From NCBI GenBank assembly GCA_024679065.1, contig JAGIQG010000015.1, positions 28,210,001 to 28,274,000 on the forward strand: a DNA stretch of 64,000 nt, given 5' to 3'. The notes under the pieces were generated by a model that did no database searches, was not told the DNA's origin, and saw only the letters and a program-made list of their open reading frames with translations. The position numbers and the translations under genes are program-made. Source of the stretch: Sphyrna mokarran. Taxonomy: Eukaryota. Shown here piece after piece: positions 12,217-24,242 of this stretch (position 1 is its first letter; each line of letters starts with the position of its first letter).

Positions 12217-13183
12217 TAATTTTCATATTTGATCTCAGCTTTATAATTTGAGAGGTTATTTTCCAATAATTTTTCATTCTTTATATTGATTATAATGAAA
12301 TAAAAATAACAGCTTGACTTAAAATGTGTTTGACGTTCAACTGCCCCCAAGGGCAACTAAAGATGGACAATAAATGCCAGCCAGCAATGCCCATGTCATA
12401 GGAATGTATTTTTAAAAATATCTCAATGTTAACTTTATTATTTTCAAAAATTGAATGCTCAGTATATTATGTTTGCTGGATTTTCCTTACTTTAGGACTG
12501 TTTCTAATCATTTTATGGATCTCTAGATGCTGTATAATTGGATACATTTTGCCAGAAGCTATACTATTTATGGTCCAAATATTTCTCTTCCATCATGATA
12601 CCACAACAATGGTATGGTATCCAGGAGATAGTAATCCTAAATTGAAAAGGAAGTAACAGGTTAAAATTAGTCGTTATGTTTATTTGAAATGCTTTCAATG
12701 TTTTGATGTAAACTGTCAAATGGAAAGCACAAACAGCAAACACTTGGTAGTGCATCTGATGAATTTGAAGAGTGTTGGTGATTCAGATAATGTTGCTTAG
12801 TGACAAGCAAGAATGTAAACTTTTAATCCATGCATCAGGGCCATTTCTTTCTGACATGTAAGCAAAATCCCAGGTTTCACGTATTGAAAGACCAAGAAAA
12901 GTAGGAAAGGGCCGAGGGGCAGCTTGACCTAGAAAGGATAGAAAGGGTGATTGGCAACAGGTTGCTATGTTGCCTAAACAGAACAATTTTTGACGAGGTA
13001 GGAGTGAAGAAGCAGATACTGTGTTAAGTGTGGTTTCCAGCCTTCATGTCACTGACGATCTTTTCTCTGTACACCCTGATTTTATCTACTGCTTAGAGCT
13101 CCATCTCGCTGAGATCCTAGACATACGTTAGTACTCCAGTAGTTCTATTCTCTACCTTTATTGTGAACCATTTTTTCCTGTAG

Positions 13184-13198
13184 AAAGAGAGAAAGTTG
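13184..13198 (+). other. Candidate 15-nt microexon (phase 1-1)
   Basis: ttttttcctgtag|AAAGAGAGAAAGTTG|gtgagt: strong acceptor and donor, frame-preserving. Confidence 0.3.
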
Positions 13199-13432
13199 GT
13201 GAGTAGCTGTTGAAAAGATTGTGCAGATATGTGAAGCACATATAATGTGTAGAATTAGAAGCAGAAAAGGAACAGGTAATTTACAAGAAGATCGTAGTAC
13301 TGATGAGAAATAAGAAAGCAATCAGCAGAAGAGTGCAATGTTTAGCAATGTAAGAGCAAATGTAGCATAGCTTGGGATTAAAAGGCTAACAGAGCAAGGT
13401 AGATTAGACTGGAGCGAATAGATTATAGAGAA

Positions 13433-13750
13433 GTTAGCACTGCTGCCTCACAGCACCAGGGACCTAGGTTCAATTCCCAGCTTTGGTCACTGTCTGTGCG
13501 GCATTTGCACATTCTCCCTGTGTCTGTGTGGATTTCCTCTGGGCGTTCCAGTTTCCTCCCACAATCCAAAGATGTGCAGATTAAGTGCATTAGCCATGCT
13601 AAATTCTCTCTTAGTGTCCCAGAATGCATGGATTAGAGGGATTCACAGGGTAAATATGTGGAATTGTAGGGATAGGATCTAGGTAGGATTGTCATTGGTG
13701 CAGACTCAATAGGCCAAATGGCCTCCTTCTGCATTGTAGGAATTCTATAA
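13433..13750 (+). mobile_element. HE1-like SINE
   Basis: gttagcactgctgcctcacagcaccagggacctaggttcaattccc head, core and tail. Confidence 0.85.
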
Positions 13751-15054
13751 GTTAATATAACCACTGTTGAAGAATTTAGGCATGTATTTTTGAAAACATA
13801 TTCTGTATTAAAAGCATGTACCTTGGTTAATATCAGAACGCTGTAAGGCATGATGGGACATAGTTAAGTAAAAAGAACCATATTCCTCTGAACAATGCAG
13901 CTACAGAATCTCAGTACCTCTTGACAGTTCTAATGAATAGGACGTTCACTAACCAAGGATATACCAGGGGTCCCAGACAATTTGAATGAATATATATTAC
14001 ACCAGTTGAGAGGGTCTGTGAAGTGACTGTGAGAAAGATTTTCAAAGTTCACAAATTGGTCACGTTGTCCCGTGATGACAGATATTGGCCAAGTTAAATC
14101 ATCTATATTTATAATGATTGGCTCATACCTAGCTGGGGTGAGCAAGAGATAGATAAATAACTTTCAAAAATTGTATAATTGTAATATTGAAAGTGATGTA
14201 ATCTGAGTAGAATTGCAACTGCCCCAAATCTTTCTCCCTTATACATTGATCAAGTTTGAAAAATAAAGAATTTTTTTTACTAGAATACAGTCTCCATGAG
14301 TCTTTGTGTTAGCTGAGCTATAACTAAGAAAGGGAATCCCTCATGTAAAAGCCAGCTTAATACATAGTTTTGAAAACTTTCTTACAACCAGTCTGTTACC
14401 AGGTAAAAAAAGGATGCTAAGGTAAAAGCAAATTACTGTAGATGCTGGAATCTTAAACAAAAACAAAAAATTGAAAAATCTCAGCAGGTCTGACAGAGTC
14501 TGTGGAGAGAGAATAGAGCTAATGTTTCAAGCCTAGAATACTCGTAGTCAGAACTCTCCATTTTGTTAAAAACAGAATCTTGTTTGTGCCTGTTGCAAAG
14601 ACAGCCAGCAACATGGGTGTTTCATTTAAATTAATAGAGTTGGTATATTCTGCATATTTGAATGGAAGGGAGGGAAGTAAAGGAAATATTCTATGTGCAA
14701 TGTGGGGGCAGAGTGGGGACATGGGGATACGGAGGCAAGGTTTGTCTAGAATTGCTCCAGCTGAGTGTCACATGGAAAAATAGAGCTCAAAGAATCTCAG
14801 GCCCAATCTTGCTGCTCTGATCAGATTTTCAAAGGGCATACAGCCTTGAATCCACATTCTTTACGTGAATCTTGGATATGGATACATATAGTTAAATAAA
14901 TGGGTAAAAAATTGGCAGATGTGAGAAAATCTGAGGTTATAAACTTTGGCATGAAGAATAAAAAAGCAGAGTATTATTTAAATTGAGAGGTTGTACAAAA
15001 CAGAATCAGAAGGATATGGGTGCCACTATACATGAATCGCCAAAACGTTAGCTG

Positions 15055-15730
15055 TGTTCTAATCCTTGGCCACATCCTAAGACATGTAGCAAGATCTGAT
15101 TAGGGACAAATTTAGTTTAAAGTAGAGAAAGATGGAGATTTTGGAAAAATCCACAAGATTCATGGGTTTTGAAAAATTAAAATAAACTTTATTATACAAG
15201 TTCAGAAAGATAAAACAATTTACAATATGTATCTTATACTCTGACATTCAGGCTAAGTATGAGGTATGTGTGAATTAACTGATGAACTGTGGCCAGATAA
15301 ACCACACTACAGAGGACAGGATTTTCTCACCCTTCTGGAATCTTCTGGTCCAACCAAAGTCGACACCGTGTGGCAGGTTACCTGGTGGCAGGACAGCCAA
15401 GGCCTGCAAAGGTCCAGAAACTTTCACAAGACTGGAAGATCCTGCCTGTGGCCAATAGCTGGTTGGATCCACCAAGAGAAAACCCACTCAGGTGGGTGAA
15501 GTGGGGTGGTCAATCTCACCACTTAGAAGGTGCTGGTGGCATTACTATTCTGTCACAATAGGTAGCCAACTATGTACCAATAGTTGGCTACCTACCCCTT
15601 CTTGGCAGGTACCTTTTGCTGTTCAGACCCTGTCTTCAGCAGGTTCACAAGAGGCAAACTGCATCAGACATGCAACCCAAACTCCCCCTTTGCCTTCAAA
15701 ACCATGGCTTTGAAAAAATTCTGCACGTCA
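15055..15730 (-). mobile_element. LTR-like interspersed repeat
   Basis: tgttctaatccttggccacatcc and ccacaagattcatgggttttgaa match the reverse complement of 27790-27925. Confidence 0.45.
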
Positions 15731-16232
15731 TCTGTGATATTATAGAAAAAATACATAATTTAACAGCAATTTGACGATAATTATATCAATGGTCAAGGTA
15801 ATGTTAATGTCGTATCATCTTGGTAGATTTGACATTGGATATTTTTTATGCCTTATTGGTGGAAAATATATCCTGATCACTGTGGCTTGTACTGTTGAAA
15901 GATGATGTAATAATAAACTGATATGACCTCATGGACTGAAGTTGAAAGGTCTGATGTGGATAAATTTAACAGATTTCCCTACTGAGAGATATTAAAAAGT
16001 TATAACTTTACACAAAAGTGAAGTCAAAAGGGTCCACCTGAGAACTGAGAATGGACAGAGGTAGATTTTAATACAGTGAGGAATAAGAATGAGAGGTTTC
16101 TGCAATTCAAAATATCTTGGCTTTTACAAAGCTTTTGTAAATGGATTTTTTTTAATTACAAGCGAATCAAAACATTTTATGGAATACCTCTTTAACAATA
16201 ACTACTTTATATTTATCATCTTTTAAATTTAG

Positions 16233-16265
16233 AGGACCAAAACACCAGGAAACGTTGCTTTCTAC
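16233..16265 (+). other. Candidate 33-nt exon (phase 1-1, EDQNTRKRCFL)
   Basis: catcttttaaatttag|AGGACC...TTCTAC|gtaagt: consensus donor, frame-preserving. Confidence 0.4.
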
Positions 16266-16744
16266 GTAAGTACATACATAAGCTTGCTTACAGAATAGAT
16301 AGTGTTGTGATATTGGGCACATTTATTTATTGTTAACTCGCTGCCTTTCTGTGAATTTCTAATAGTTAAATGTCAAAGGAATGAACACTACTACACTGCG
16401 CTTAGACAAATAAACATGATACAAGTAGTATTTAAGCAAATTGGAAACACAAAAGGTAATTCTTAAAGACCTAAATGTATTGGGTCAGATTATGTGGTCA
16501 GTAGCAAAGCAATGATACTTGTTGCTGACCTCCAACTAAAGTGCCCACTTAGTGCAATGATGCAGTGATGGCAGGGATGACAATTTCACCTGGAAGTCAG
16601 AAAGAACTCCTCACAATCTTGGCTATGCTAAAGCTCTGCAGTGTTCTGTCATGAACTGGAGCTGAGCAGTAAAAGATAAATAACATGATGTAGAGAATAG
16701 AAGACGTGCTCACAGAACCTGTCAGAATTAAGTTACTGTCAGTG

Positions 16745-16885
16745 AGAGAATCGTGTTAAAAAATTATTTAAATTTAATGACTTAACCATCAGACAACTAC
16801 TAGAATCATGTTAAAAGTCATTAAAATTTAATAATTTTTTACAAGTCAGATAAATTATATCAGAATCATGTTAAAAGATTAGATT
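16745..16885 (+). repeat. Degenerate tandem repeat, ~55-60-bp unit x3
   Basis: agaatc(g/a)tgttaaaa recurs at ~16747, 16802 and 16862. Confidence 0.6.
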
Positions 16886-17189
16886 GAATCATTTAAAAAG
16901 TCCCAGATTCAGAATGCTTCCAACTGCCATTTTGAAAGTTGAAAATTCCCATTAGTATCAGTGTCTCACTGGCTCAGATTTTTTAAAATTCATTTTTGGG
17001 ATGTACTTATCACTGGCAAGACCAGCATTTTTTGCCTCTCCCTAATTACTCTTGCAAAGGTGGTGCCAAGTTGCCTTGTTGATTTGTTGTTGTTCATTGG
17101 GTATAGGTCCCTCCAGGTTGCTGTTAAGGAGGGAATTCCAAGAATTTGATCCAACAATAGTGAAGGAACAGCAATATAGTTCCAAATTA

Positions 17190-18968
17190 AGAACAAAGAA
17201 CAAAACAGAACGGGAAACAGGCCCTTCGGCCCAACGAGCCCGCATCACCATCCCGATGTTCCCACCTCTACCCGTGATCCCTGTCTATGTTTATAGATCT
17301 ATGGATTAAAACCAAATTTGAGACAATTTAGGGAGAATTTGTTTTGCCAATTAGCCTAAGAGCACATCTTTGGGATGTGGGAGGAAACCGGAGCTCCCGG
17401 AGAAAATCCACACAAGCACGGGGAGAATGCGCAAACTCCCACAGACACAGGCCCAAATCCATGTATCTGCACAGCACAGCGATAGTCACTGAGCTGTCGT
17501 GTTGCACATCAAATGGTCCAGGTCAAGCGTACACTAACGACGTGAAGCACTAGGATACTCTCAAAAAATCCAAGAGCAGCCCTCTCACAACCCATCACGT
17601 GTATGCCCCTCGTTAGACAACAAGGTGGACCAAAGCACCTGTAGGATAAAAACAAGTACATCAATATCATCATCTATTTACACACTTCCCAGGACTCCCA
17701 AGGCTCATGATCCCTATTTTAAATCAGTTTTCTATACCCCTCCATTCCCATTCTGTTCATGTGCCCATCTAAGTATTTCTTAAATAACTCCAGAGTACCT
17801 GCCTCCACCACTTTACTTGGCAGCGCATTCCATACCCCCACCACCCTCTGTGTGAAAAAATTCCCTCTAGCATCCAAATTATACCTTACCCCCCTCACCC
17901 TAAGCCCATGACCCCTCATGCTATTCGAGTCCATCCTAGGAAAAAGCTTAACCCTGTTTACTCTATCTATACCCCTCATAATCTTGTACACCTCTATTAG
18001 ATCTCCTCTAAGTCTACGTCTTCTAAGGAAAACAGCCCCAATTTGCCTAACCTCTCCTCGTAACTCAGACCTTCCATACCAGGCAGCATCCTGGTAAACC
18101 TCCTCTGCCCTGTCTCCAGTGTCTCCAAGTCCTTCCGGTAGTAAAGCGACCAGAACAGGACGCAGTATTCCAGATGAGGTCTAACCAAAGTTTTATACAA
18201 CTGCAACATTAAAGGCCACCTCTTGTACTCTATACCCCTTCCTATAAAGGCTAGCATACCATATGCTTTCTTCACAACCTTCTCCACTTGCTCTGCCACC
18301 TTCAGAGACCTGTACACCTGCTCCCCCAGTCCCTCTGCGTTTCTATACTCTTAATAGGTCTACCCTTTATCATATACCTCCCCCTACATTCTTTCTCCCA
18401 AAATGCATCACCTCGCATTTATCAGGATTAAATTCCATCTGCCATCTATCTGTCCAAGCTACCAGCCTATCTATGTCCTGCTGCATCGCCTGACAATGCT
18501 CCTCACTATCCGCAAGTCCAGCCATCTTTGTATTGTCTGCAAACTTGCTGATCACTCCACTTACTCCCTCTTCCAAGTCATTTATATATATTACAAATAG
18601 AAGAGGTCCCAGTACCGAGCCCTGTGGCACACCACTAATGACCGACTTCCAACTAGAAAAACACCCTTCCACTATTACTCTCTGTCTCCTATAACTAAGT
18701 CCTATAACTCCTATAACTCCTGTAACTAAGCCAGTTACTTATCCATCTAGCTACCTGTATAGCTCCAATATAGCCCCTTCTCTAGTCGGGCTAGCCACAT
18801 ACTGCTCCAACAATCCTTCCAGTACACATTTTACAAATTCCTGCCTGTCCAAACCCCCAGCTCTAGGTACCTTCCAATCCACCCTAGGGAGATTAAAATC
18901 TCCCACTATAACGACTCTGTTCTTTCGGCACCTATCCAAAATATCTTTACATATGCTTTCTTCAACTA
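17190..18968 (-). mobile_element. Young CR1-like LINE with an internal deletion and a long 3' region containing a V-SINE-like segment
   Basis: ORFs with VVIVGDFNLP (endonuclease), GVPQGSVLGP and KFADNTK (RT), HLEYCVLFWS; (tgttctt)n tail at 17190. Confidence 0.92.
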
Positions 18969-19377
18969 CCGGCGGGCTGTTGGGTGGAAGATGGCTTAGA
19001 AGGGAACCACAGGACATGGTGTTTCCAAGCATCTGTTGCCCTTGTCCCTCTGGGTGGTAGAGATTGCAGGTTTCAAAGGTACTGATGATAGACCCTTAGT
19101 GAGTTATTGCAGTGTATCTTATAGGTAATTCTCCTTCAACTGAGTCGGCATCACAAACTAATATCCATATTCCACCAACACTTTTTAAATTTTGAATGAG
19201 ATTAGCAATATAATAATGATCAGATAATCATCTTTGTGATATTGATTGAGGGCTAGATATTGGCAAGGATACTGGGGATAACACCTATGCTCTTTGAAGT
19301 AATTCCATGGGATTTTTTATTTCCATCTCAGTTTAAAATTGCATCCGAAAGATGTTATCTGTGATGATATAATCTCC

Positions 19378-20428
19378 GTAAGAATTTAGCAACACCAATT
19401 ATTAATCCAACCGATTTATTTGATAGTAAAAAAGCGAGCTTTCAACACTCTTGTGTCTTCCTCAGGCATGTGCAGTCTTCTGGTCTGCAATAGCACACAT
19501 CAGCACAGACAGTCAGAGATTGCTGATTAGAATGCGAATCCTTACATCTAACCTGCTATTCAAGTGTTAAAGTGGCTACCAATGTGTGTGAAGGGGATCC
19601 TGAGCATTGTTAGAGAATTGTGTATTTTCTCCAGACAGCACAGTAAGTGAGGTTTTTTGCTAACCCAGGCAAGTTACGGGGGTTACAGATAGTGTGTCAT
19701 GAAGCCAAGATCTCTGTTAAGACCGTCCTCATGTGTGTGGAGCTTGGCTATCAGTCTCTGTTCAGCGACTCTGCGCTGTCGTGTATCACGAAAGCCCCCT
19801 TGAAGAACATTTACACCGCAGGTCGGAGGCCGAATGCCCATGACTGCTGAAGTGTTCGCCCACAGGAAGGGAACAATCACCAGGCAAAACAGTTTCCCTT
19901 CCTGTGGGCGAACACTTCAGCAGTCATGGGCATTCGGCCTCCGACCTGCGGGTAATGTTCTTCAAGGGGGCTTTCGTGATACACGACAGCGCAGAGTCAC
20001 TGAACAGAGACTGATAGCCAAGCTCCACACACATGAGGACGGTCTTAACAGGGATCTTGGCTTCAACGACACTATCTGTAACCCCTGTAACTTGCCTGGG
20101 TTAGCAAAAAACCTCACTTACTGTGCTGTCTGGAGAAAATACACAATTCTCTAACAATGCTCAGGATCCCCTTCACACACATTGTTAGCCACTTTAACAC
20201 TTGAATAGCAGGTTAGATGTAAGGATTCGCATTCTAATCAGCAATCTCTGACTGTCTGTGCTGATGTGTGCTATTGCAGACCAGAACACTGCACTTGCCT
20301 GAGGAAGACACGGGAGTGTTGAAAGCTCGCTTTTTTACTATCAAATAAATCGGTTGGATTAATAATTGGTGTTGCTAAATTCTTACTGAGTTCTTACCAC
20401 CCCAATCCAACGCCGGCATCTTTACATC
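19378..20428. mobile_element. Penelope-like element: ~495-bp inverted arms with GIY-YIG C-terminus and pseudo-LTR, plus a 3' tail; 14-bp TSD
   Basis: Arms 19378-19873 and 19894-20386 are near-perfect reverse complements. They encode PVGEHFSSHGHSASDLRV / NVLQGGFRDTRQRRVAEQRLIAKLHTHEDGLNRDLGF. ATGATATAATCTCC occurs at 19364-19377 and 20429-20442. Confidence 0.9.
20297..20330 (+). ncRNA. Minimal hammerhead-ribozyme-like motif; mirror copy on the minus strand at ~19434-19467
   Basis: CTGAGGA-A-GACAC-GGGA-GTGTT-GAAA-GCTC: both core boxes, a 5-bp stem II and a palindromic AGCT stem-III region. Stem I is weak. Confidence 0.55.
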
Positions 20429-22004
20429 ATGATATAATCTCCCAGAGATCTGTACTGAAGTGTCAGCCTTGGTTTTTATGCATTCAAGGGGATTTGAACC
20501 CAGGATCTTGTGGTTCAGAGGTGATAGTGCTCCAACTGACCCACAGCTAACATAAATATTAGATGCTACTGTCACTATATGCCCATGGTGTAGGGGTTGA
20601 AAGTTTATGATGGTGGGTAAGATACTGATCAAGTGGATGGAGTTGAGCTTCTTGGATGTTTAAGTTGCACTCATCCAGTCAAGTGATGGGTATTCTATCG
20701 TACTCCTTACTTGTGCTTTATAGATGGTGAACAGGCTTTGGGAAGTCAGAAAGTGAGTTATGTACCAATCCCAGTCCCTTGACATACTATTGTGGCCACA
20801 GTATTTACATGGCTGGTCCACTTAAGTTCCTGGTCAATGTTAACCCTCCAAGTGGTTAATAGTGGAGGATGCAGCAATGTACTACTATTGAACGTCAAGG
20901 GGAAATGGTTAGATTATTTCTTATTCCTGACATGAATTTTATTTGCCACTTACCAGCCAAAGCCTCAATCACGCCCAGATCTTGCTGCTTAGGACATGGA
21001 CTGTTTCAGTATCTAAGCAGTTGTAAGTGGTACTAAACATTGTGCAACATGAACAAACTTCTCACTTCTAGCCTTATATTGGAGAGGAGTAATTGATGAA
21101 GCAAAGATGGTTACACCAAGGACAATATCTTGAGGAATTCCTACAGCAATGCCCTGGGGCTGGAATTTTTGGCTCCAACAATCACAAACGCCTTCTTTGG
21201 TGCTGGGTATAACTCCAACCAGAGGAGAGATTTTCCTCCTATTCTCATTGATTTCAATTTTGCTAGGGCTCCTTGATGCTACCCTCAGTCAGATACTGCC
21301 AAGATATCAAAGGAAGGTATTCTCACCCCCACCTCTGCAATTCAACTCTTTTGTCCATATTTCAGCCAGGACTATAATGAGGTCTGGACCTGAGTGGTCC
21401 TGGCTAAACTCAAACTGAGAATAGATGAGCTGTTTGTTATTGAGCAAGTGCTGCATGATAATACTGTTGGCAATACCTTCCATCACTTTGCTCATGATTG
21501 AGAATGGACTGTTGGGGAGGTAATTGGCTGGATTGGATTTGTCCTGCTTTTTAAGGACACAATAGATCTTTACACTTTCCATATTGTCAGGTACATATCC
21601 ATATTGTAACTGTACAGGAATAATTGGCTATAGGTGTAACTGGTTCTGCAGCACAAATCTTTCTTTGTACAGGTGTCAGGGCCCATAATACTTACTGTGG
21701 GTATCCAATGCCTTTAGCCTTCTTTAAATATCACAAGCACTGAATCAAACTGTCTAAAAATTAGCAGCTATGATTGTGGGGATCCCTAGAGAAGGCCAAA
21801 GTGGATCATCCTCTAAAAGTTTGTTGCAAATGTTTCAGCATTATCTTTTGCACCGATATGCTGGGCTCCCTCATTATTGAGGATAAGGATGTTTATGGAG
21901 CCTTTGGTTAGTTGTTTAACTGTCTACCACCATTTCACAGCTGGATATGGTAGGGTAGGATTACAGACCTTTAATCTGATCTGTTAATTGTGGGATTTTT
22001 GTTT

Positions 22005-23700
22005 GTAAAAACATATGTTATTCATAAAATATTTTTTAAAAATTACAAAGCATTTCAAAATTATCATTAGAGAAAATGAAATGACATTTTCTACCTAGAT
22101 CATGTTGCACTTTGAGATGCTTCAGTACAATTGTGATATATGTAATATTTACTATCTACATTCATGTGACTCATAGGGCCTGATTTTACCACTTTCATTC
22201 TAAGTGCTGAATCTGGGTGCAATTCAGATCTGACTTGGAAACCTATTTTCAAGTGTCCCCATTAGCACTTAGCCTGAAAAAATTTGTGAGTTTGAATCGT
22301 GCTATGGACAGAGCTTATCGCACCTGAAATGATTGGAGCTCTGAATTGCGCATGTGCGGTTGAAAAAAATGTGAAAAAGCATGCCCATGTCAGATTGCTC
22401 CTGGGCTGCAAAAAGTGGAACGAGTGGTTCGGGACCGAAAAGCAGGAGTGATGATCCCTATAGACATCATTGTCCCCCTTATTCACCCACACTCACGCTG
22501 CCCAAACCCCTTGTCCCTTTCCTCCCCGCTGATCGCCTGCAGACTGGCACTGGACCTCCCCCCACCAGAGATACATCTTACCTGCCTCTCTCCTCCACTC
22601 CCCACCCAGAGAACAAAGTGACCTCAATCCCCCACCCCACCCTCCCCGAGAATGATCTGGTCTCACTCCCCTTCCCCCCCAACCAGAAAATGATCTGACC
22701 TGCCCCTCCACCCTTCACCGATCTGAGTCAGAGAACCATTGGAAGGTCTGAACTCACCTCTTCAGCAGCTAGAGTGCCAGATTCACTTTTATTCAGAATG
22801 TTCATTTCGGCACGATTCCAGATCGGAGAACACGGTGGTAAAGAGGGAAATGTTGATAAAGTTGGGCGGCAGTTCATTAATTCAATTTAAATGCCTATTT
22901 CAGGCGCGAATTGGATCATGGCCATATTTGGTCTCATTCAAGTGGCCATCTGCTCAGATGTGGGCACAAATCGCATTTATGGTCTCATATCCGACTTTAC
23001 TACCCTGTGCAATGCTAAAACAGGGCCCAGCCAGACCAAAGAGTTCTATATAGTTTCCAGCCCCTTGGTGTACCATGACTGAAAGGCCTTACTAGAGTGA
23101 CTTAACCCCAAAGTGCCTTTGTGGTGGCTTCGCCAAGCTTTAATGCGTCCCTCAATATGTTATTCTGGACCTTGGAAGGTGCCAGTCTGGAACTCTCATT
23201 TGCAAACAACTCTTTACATTGAAGACCAGTATATTTTGGGCAGACCAAAGAATGTCTTTCACCAAGTTAATGATCTTCTAGCTACAGTTGCTGTTTGTCT
23301 CAGCGTGCTAGGAGTATGGTTCAAAGGGGCCGGAGCATTGCACTAGAAACTGGAAAGAGTTAATAGCTCTGTTAACAGGGAACAGTCCATGCAGTACAGA
23401 GTCATGCATCACAGAACTCTTCAGGATGATGAATCGTGACAAAAGTCACTGCATCTCTCACCAAACTCTCTTTGCAAGATCACATTTCAGGTGGAGGTGA
23501 ATATTGGTTGGGGATGAAATTCCAGGCGCATAGGAAAGATCTGACAAATAGAGCATTTTTCACCATTAGCCAAACCATGCCTTGGTGCTTGTTTGAAAGT
23601 TCTGGCAATGAAGCAGAATGAGTTTGACAGTTTGCTCAATGAGCCATTTAATAGGATCCATCATCTCCTTTTCCTACAGGCCTCTAGTTCATTACATGTA
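22005..23700 (-). mobile_element. Tx1/L1-like LINE 3' remnant, interrupted by a MITE-like element
   Basis: Minus-strand VKDILWSAQNILVF (~23220-23262) resembles the Tx1-type ORF2 C-terminus; AT-rich 3' end near 22010. Confidence 0.45.
22176..23028. mobile_element. MITE-like non-autonomous element with short imperfect terminal inverted repeats
   Basis: Starts gggcctgattttacca and ends tgctaaaacagggccc; GC-richer interior with ~35-45-bp C-rich tandem units at 22590-22720. Confidence 0.5.
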
Positions 23701-24242
23701 AATCACCGCCTGATGAACTTGTAGTCAAAGGTTTTCTCTGCATAAGGTTTTCCACAAGGAATAGGTGGCACAGTATGGTCTGTGGCAACGTGACCAGACC
23801 ATCCATTGCAACATGGGGAGAGGTGAAAACCTGAACACATAGTGACACTTGGAGTGACATTTTATAGCCACACTCGGCCCAAGATCGTAAAATCCTGCCC
23901 AAGGTCAATGCACTTTCCCATGGGAATTGTAGCCGGCAAAGGGCGGGCCATTGAAAGGTCTGTTGGTCTCAGTGGGATTTCAGGTTTTGGGGAGAGTGTA
24001 GTCAGAAAATCCTGCCCATAATGTCCACAGAATTTAAAGGGCTGAGGGAAATGTCTTGGTTAGAAATGTTCTGCCTGGATGTCCATGCAAGCAGTGAGGA
24101 ATGGATTGTTCTCTGTTGGAGAAAATTTTCCCATCCATTCCCCCTCATTGTTAGTCCTGGCTTCTCAGAATTTGGCACACTGATGCTTCACCACTCCCAG
24201 CTTCTTGTGGCTGAGGCACCCTAGCCTTTTCAGTGTCTCTAG

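Larger units (their letters stand above)
16985..21990 (-). mobile_element. Old CR1/L2-like LINE hosting nested insertions (young CR1, SINE, Penelope palindrome)
   Basis: Segments 16985-17189, 18985-19130 and 20570-21990 are colinear with the copy at 59925-61860; RT remnant QDKSNPANYLPNSPFSIMSKVME...SQFEF. Confidence 0.7.
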
